Below are positions 16,266-20,000 of a DNA stretch of 20,000 nucleotides, one piece after another. The notes beneath the pieces were generated by a model. That model made no database searches, had not been told where the DNA came from, and was given only the letters and a program-made list of their open reading frames with translations. The position numbers and the translations under genes are program-made. The stretch lies in sequence record DRR723986_622; one strand, given 5' to 3'. Positions within the stretch are counted from its first letter, which is position 1, and every line of letters starts with the position of its first letter.

Positions 16266-16466
16266 ATGAAAAACTCCATAAAAGTCGAGCGAGCAAGGCA
16301 CAACATGACGCAACAGGATCTGGCGGAAAAAGTCAGTGTATCAAGGCAGACAATCAACAGTATTGAGGCGGGGAAGTATGTGCCTTCTACTGTCTTGGCA
16401 CTTAAGATATCCAAAATCTTTGGAATTAGACTAGAGGAGATTTTTGAGTTGGAAGAAGGAGATTAA
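16266..16466 (+). CDS. XRE/Cro-C1 family helix-turn-helix transcriptional regulator
   Basis: MKNSIKVERARHNMTQQDLAEKVSVSRQTINSIEAGKYVPSTVLALKISKIF is a classic HTH_3 pattern. Confidence 0.95.
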   Translation: MKNSIKVERARHNMTQQDLAEKVSVSRQTINSIEAGKYVPSTVLALKISKIFGIRLEEIFELEEGD

Positions 16467-16600
16467 ATTAGTTATTAGTGTTTTAGGTATGGACAACAAC
16501 TCAATTGTATCTAAAACTTCTTAAATTTTTAAAAGTTTTGAAAAAACAAAAAGTAGTTTGATTCGAGAAAATAGCTTTCTTGCGGACTATTTTAATGTTT

Positions 16601-17545
16601 ATGAAAAAACAAGTATCGCTATTGATCATTCTCATGGTCATCTCTCAAATCGCCTTTTCTCAAATTAACATGGAGGACTCCACAGTAAGAACGATAGCTT
16701 ACTGGGAAATAAAAGAGACTAACTCCTACCATATCGCGCTAGAATCATTTGAAATAATAGATAATGACACAAGCAATTGGAATGAAATTTCTTATGTAGT
16801 GGATATGGAGATTTTGGATAGTACTGAGAGCAGTTATGAAGTGTCTTGGACGTATCGGGATTTTGTATTGAATCTAGGGGAAAGGGATTCTGCATACCAA
16901 AGTTTAATGGAAAAGTTGATGACAATTTCGGAAGGTTCATTGGTGAAATTTCGAACAGATGAATATGGAGCTTTTCAAGAGGTGACAAACTGGGAAGATA
17001 TTAGTGAGTTTTATAGAAAGAGCGGGGATACTCTTAAGTCGATGTTTGGAAATATCCCTCAGATTGATGCAATGGTGGATCAAACCTTCACAATCTATAG
17101 AACCAAGAATTCTATTGAAACACAAAGTATCAAGGATGTCTTGCAGTTTCTTAATTTTCACGGGGCTGAATACAAACTTGGAGAGGAACTGTCCGGGATT
17201 TTATACTCTCCAAATGTATTAGGAAAGAATAGGTTGGAAACCCAGGTTTATGTCCTTTTGGAGGAGATTTTTCCAGAAGATAATGATTACAGGATAGTAT
17301 CGTTTTCCGAAGCAAACGCTGAACAATTAACTTCCGAAACCAGATTGGTATTGAAAACAATGATGCCAAAAGCCACGGAGGAAGAATTAAATGGATTGAT
17401 GGCTGAAGTTGGTTCACTTTCAAATACTGTAGAAAATGTTTCAGTAATTCATGGTTGGGGTTGGCCTATTTATTCAGAAGAAATAAGAAGTGTTGGCTCT
17501 GATCAAAAAATTAAAGTCGAAATTCGAACAATTGAAATTCTATAA
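16601..17545 (+). CDS. Hypothetical secreted protein (acidic, beta-rich termini)
   Basis: Long ORF. Likely start ATG 16601 (MKKQVSLLIILMVISQIAFSQ, SPI signal followed by Gln, typical of Bacteroidota). No catalytic motif recognised. Confidence 0.7.
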   Translation: MKKQVSLLIILMVISQIAFSQINMEDSTVRTIAYWEIKETNSYHIALESFEIIDNDTSNWNEISYVVDMEILDSTESSYEVSWTYRDFVLNLGERDSAYQSLMEKLMTISEGSLVKFRTDEYGAFQEVTNWEDISEFYRKSGDTLKSMFGNIPQIDAMVDQTFTIYRTKNSIETQSIKDVLQFLNFHGAEYKLGEELSGILYSPNVLGKNRLETQVYVLLEEIFPEDNDYRIVSFSEANAEQLTSETRLVLKTMMPKATEEELNGLMAEVGSLSNTVENVSVIHGWGWPIYSEEIRSVGSDQKIKVEIRTIEIL

Positions 17546-17631
17546 GCCTACTTTTTGGAATACCATTTGCATTTTTTCAGGGTTAAAAGACTCAAAAGTC
17601 TTACCTTCGTCGTTTTAGATAGAAACCCTTT

Positions 17632-18801
17632 TTGATGCCTAAACTTATTCGAATAACCACCGTTCCGATTTCTCTCAAACTGCTACTTGCTGGGCAAATG
17701 AAGTTTATGAGGGAGCAGGGTTGGGATGTACTGATGGTAAGTGCCGATGGCCGAGAAGTTCCCAAATTAGTCAAGGAGGAAGGGGCGAGGCATGAGGTGA
17801 TTCCTTTTACCCGTAAAATCACTCCATTCCAAGATTTAAAATGTCTGTGGCAATTGTATCAGTTAATCAAGAAAGAGCAACCTGATATTGTGCACACACA
17901 TACGCCAAAAGCGGGATTATTGGGGATGATTGCTGCGAAATTTGCTGGTGTGAATATAAGAATTCATACGCTGGCGGGAATTCCATACATGGCTGCCGAA
18001 GGTGGAAAGAAAAGTCTACTCGAGAAAATGGAGAAAATTACCTATAGTTATGCTTCTCATGTTTGGCCAAATTCTAATGGTTTAAAAAACTTTGTCATTG
18101 AGAATAATCTCTGTTCATCTGAGAAATTGACAGTTATCGGTAAAGGCTCCTCAAATGGTGTGGATTTGGAGAAATTCAACCGTGGAGTTCTGAAAGAAAA
18201 TCACCTAGTGGCTGCCACCATGCGGATACTTCCTGGCGAAGATGATTTCATCATATTATCGGTTGGTCGATTGGTTAGAGATAAGGGGATTCAGGAATTG
18301 GTGGATGCTTTCTTGAGTTCAAAGATTGTGGGTAAGTCCAAACTGGTACTTCTTGGAAGTTTCGAACAGGATCTAAATCCGCTCAGTCCAGAGACTATTA
18401 AAATTATAACCGATCACCCTCGGATAGTACAGATAGACTGGTCAGATCATGTAGCTCATTACCTTGCGTTGGCAGATGTGTTGGTTCATCCTTCTCATCG
18501 TGAAGGCTTCCCTAATGTGCTTTTAGAAGCAGGAGCGATGGAATTGCCTGTGATTTGCTCTGATATCATTGGCAATACAGACGTGATCACCCAGCAAAAA
18601 ACAGGTTTAATATTTCCTGTGAAAAACGTAGAGATACTTAAGGAAGCAATGGAATTCGCTTACGTGAAACGGGATAAAATGGCTGAATTGGCGGCTAATC
18701 TATATCAGCACGTCTGCGAAAATTATGAAAGGACTCAGGTTCAAAAAGGGATTTTTGCACAATACGAACGTGTATTAAAGCAGGCTAGTAGCGCTGAATA
18801 A
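17632..18801 (+). CDS. Glycosyltransferase family 4 (GT-B)
   Basis: PDIVHTHTPKAG, GSSNGVD, VGRLVRDKGI and PSHREGFPNVLLEA (E-X7-E). True start may be ATG 17635. Confidence 0.92.
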   Translation: MMPKLIRITTVPISLKLLLAGQMKFMREQGWDVLMVSADGREVPKLVKEEGARHEVIPFTRKITPFQDLKCLWQLYQLIKKEQPDIVHTHTPKAGLLGMIAAKFAGVNIRIHTLAGIPYMAAEGGKKSLLEKMEKITYSYASHVWPNSNGLKNFVIENNLCSSEKLTVIGKGSSNGVDLEKFNRGVLKENHLVAATMRILPGEDDFIILSVGRLVRDKGIQELVDAFLSSKIVGKSKLVLLGSFEQDLNPLSPETIKIITDHPRIVQIDWSDHVAHYLALADVLVHPSHREGFPNVLLEAGAMELPVICSDIIGNTDVITQQKTGLIFPVKNVEILKEAMEFAYVKRDKMAELAANLYQHVCENYERTQVQKGIFAQYERVLKQASSAE

Positions 18802-18803
18802 CT

Positions 18804-18811
18804 TATATTTG
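18804..18811 (+). promoter_or_regulatory. Candidate -7 promoter box upstream of the epimerase
   Basis: TATATTTG matches TAnnTTTG, just after the GT4 stop. No clear -33 box. Confidence 0.4.
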
Positions 18812-18931
18812 CTCATCAATACCCCCTGAATTTTTATTTATGAAATCAAGCAAGTGTAATCCTCTAGCCTCTGGAAAGATTTTCAATCCTGCGAGATTTC
18901 ATGAGACCAATGTCAATAAAATTACAAACCC

Positions 18932-19990
18932 ATGAAGTACCTGGTCACCGGAACTGCCGGTTTTATTGGATTTCACGTTGCAAAGGAGCTTTTGGAGAGA
19001 GGTGATGAGGTTGTTGGTCTGGATGTAATAAATGACTACTACGACATCAACCTGAAATATGCACGTTTGGCCCATATGGGAATTCAGCGTGACTTAGTAA
19101 AAAAAGGTAAACTAGTACAATCTAATACTATCCCGGACTATAGGTTTATCCAGCAGGATCTTGCTGTTAAGGAAACACTTCTTGATCTTTTTGCACAAGA
19201 AAAGTTTGATGTGGTTATCCATTTGGCTGCTCAAGCGGGTGTTCGATATTCATTGAGCAATCCTGAAGTTTATATAGAAAGTAATATTGTCGCTTTCTTG
19301 AATATACTGGAAGCCTGTCGCTTTCATCCTGTCAAGCACTTGGTCTATGCCTCCTCCAGTTCTGTCTACGGTTCAAATGAGAAGATGCCATTCTCCACTT
19401 CTGATTCAGTAGATCATCCAATCAGTTTGTATGCAGCTTCAAAGAAGTCTAATGAGCTGATGGCGCATACCTACAGTCACTTGTTCAATATTCCTACCAC
19501 AGGCTTGCGATTCTTTACGGTTTATGGTCCATGGGGTAGACCAGATATGGCATTATTCCTGTTTACAGAAGCCATCGTGAAAGGTGAGCCGATTCAGGTG
19601 TTCAATTATGGCAAAATGAAGCGAGACTTCACTTACATAGATGATATAGTGACAGGTGTGATCAAAGTTGCAGATAGGCCCGCAAGTCCAAATGTTGATT
19701 TTGATGGGCAGAATCCTGATCCGGGAAGTTCTGTAGCTCCATACAAAGTATACAACATTGGGAATTCGACTCCAGTTTTATTGATGGATTACATACATGC
19801 TGTGGAGAAAGGATTGGGCAAAAAAGCCGAAATGAATTTGCTTCCAATGCAGCCAGGAGACGTACTTTCATCTCACGCAGAAGTTTCTGATTTAGTAAGA
19901 GATACAGGCTACAAACCAAATACACCAATTGACCAGGGAGTGAAATCTTTCACAGATTGGTATTTAGATTATTATGATTATCCGCAATGA
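18932..19990 (+). CDS. NAD-dependent nucleotide-sugar epimerase (UDP-glucuronate 4-epimerase-like extended SDR)
   Basis: [35 protein letters not shown] (YxxxK), [15 protein letters not shown] and RDFTYIDD. Confidence 0.93.
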   Translation: MKYLVTGTAGFIGFHVAKELLERGDEVVGLDVINDYYDINLKYARLAHMGIQRDLVKKGKLVQSNTIPDYRFIQQDLAVKETLLDLFAQEKFDVVIHLAAQAGVRYSLSNPEVYIESNIVAFLNILEACRFHPVKHLVYASSSSVYGSNEKMPFSTSDSVDHPISLYAASKKSNELMAHTYSHLFNIPTTGLRFFTVYGPWGRPDMALFLFTEAIVKGEPIQVFNYGKMKRDFTYIDDIVTGVIKVADRPASPNVDFDGQNPDPGSSVAPYKVYNIGNSTPVLLMDYIHAVEKGLGKKAEMNLLPMQPGDVLSSHAEVSDLVRDTGYKPNTPIDQGVKSFTDWYLDYYDYPQ

Positions 19991-20000
19991 TGCCAGTCAC

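Noticed and set aside
15757-19928. Small overlapping ORFs 15757..16011, 16232..16414, 16719..16988, 16937..17161, 17004..17222, 17151..17423, 17601..17822 and 19662..19928
   Set aside because: Antisense or alternative frames of better-supported genes.
19987-20000. Possible next gene starting ATGATGCCAGTC, overlapping the epimerase stop
   Set aside because: Only four codons are visible before the window ends, so it cannot be supported.

Overview
AT-rich housekeeping region of a Bacteroidota genome. The taxon is inferred from TAnnTTTG-type promoters, lack of Shine-Dalgarno motifs and gene content, and is probably Cytophagales/Cyclobacteriaceae-like. From left to right it holds: the 5' part of a minus-strand his operon (hisG-hisD-hisC-hisB, hisB running off the edge), with an unannotated 27-aa His-rich leader peptide and a consensus promoter; a secreted DUF922-like HExxH protein; a divergent small secreted protein of two T9SS-CTD/DUF3244-like modules behind an apparent sigma-54 promoter with paired enhancer-like boxes; a decayed SRPBCC/DUF2306 pseudogene chimera; nudK; a DSD1/D-threonine-aldolase-family PLP enzyme; an intergenic patchwork of REP-like hairpins; alaS-gatB-TlpA lipoprotein; a candidate ~140-nt small RNA; proC; a membrane protein plus XRE regulator pair with three phased operators; an unknown secreted protein; and a GT4 glycosyltransferase and nucleotide-sugar epimerase. 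I see no CRISPR array, rRNA/tRNA, intact transposase, prophage or defence system. The best leads are regulatory and non-coding: the his leader without a canonical terminator, the sigma-54 'CTD-only' gene, the candidate sRNA and the phased operator array. Family assignments come from motif recognition by eye, not database searches.
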